Assembly: GCA_041659405.1 (NCBI GenBank) | Contig: JBAZYK010000001.1 | Span: forward strand, 60,001 to 92,000 | Length of the DNA stretch: 32,000 nucleotides | Source: Candidatus Altimarinota bacterium | GTDB taxonomy: Bacteria > Patescibacteriota > Gracilibacteria > UBA1369 | Direction: 5' to 3' | Part shown: in pieces, positions 31,982 to 32,000 of the stretch | How the letters are laid out: every line of letters starts with the position of its first letter | How positions within the stretch are numbered: position 1 is the first letter of the stretch | Position numbers and translations under genes: made by a program | The notes under the pieces: generated by a model | What the model was told of the DNA's origin: nothing | Databases searched by the model: none | The model's input: the letters and a program-made list of their open reading frames with translations, nothing else

Positions 31982-32000
31982 ATGAACATCAAAAAATACA
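31982..32000 (+). CDS. First 6 codons of a downstream ORF (MNIKKY...), position suggests a pilin but this is unverifiable
   Basis: ATG at 31982, 26 nt after pilC, with a short basic N-terminus. Only 19 nt are visible. Confidence 0.2.

Noticed and set aside
1-32000. Alternative genetic code (TGA as sense, code 4 or 25)
   Set aside because: All conserved genes are full length under the standard code, so none contains an in-frame TGA. Gaps between genes are short. Only the scarcity of TGA as a stop remains, and that is reported as a finding.
1-32000. CRISPR arrays, DGR (TR/VR pairs with reverse transcriptase), transposons and prophage
   Set aside because: I saw no regularly spaced direct repeats and no RT, Cas, transposase, integrase or phage structural genes. 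The only tandem repeats are short in-frame coding repeats.

Overview
Gene-dense, AT-leaning bacterial chromosome segment made up mostly of housekeeping genes: rlmH, an HNH endonuclease, yajQ, a RumA/RlmD-type rRNA methyltransferase, cca, tsaD, hisS, a malic enzyme, a GDPD-type phosphodiesterase, yebC, an NrnA-like DHH phosphoesterase, recJ, miaA and an isolated rplJ-rplL operon. There is also an envelope block: a membrane-anchored VKOR-type thioredoxin-like protein, a DsbA-like oxidoreductase, an SLH-domain protein and lipoproteins. The right end carries a type IV pilus / T2SS-like assembly operon: PilN-like, PilO-like, GspE/PilB ATPase, GspF/PilC platform and the first codons of a further ORF. 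Several conserved enzymes are longer than textbook homologues because of low-complexity insertions. Most genes lack a Shine-Dalgarno motif, several promoters are extended -10 type, and TGA is almost unused as a stop codon. By inference only, this suggests a small-genome uncultivated lineage (CPR/Patescibacteria-like). I saw no rRNA, tRNA, CRISPR array, transposase, integrase or reverse transcriptase. The most interesting unexplained items are: (1) a TrmB-family regulator divergently paired with a cytoplasmic, internally duplicated protein carrying 31 cysteines in CxxC ladders, plus a four-CxxC zinc-ribbon protein; (2) a roughly 230 nt promoter-to-terminator structured RNA directly upstream of rplJ; (3) a pilus operon with no PilM in view and an oversized PilN-like protein, flanked by two Cys-rich secreted proteins; (4) an orphan extracytoplasmic disulfide module. 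None of these can be called a validated new system from sequence alone.
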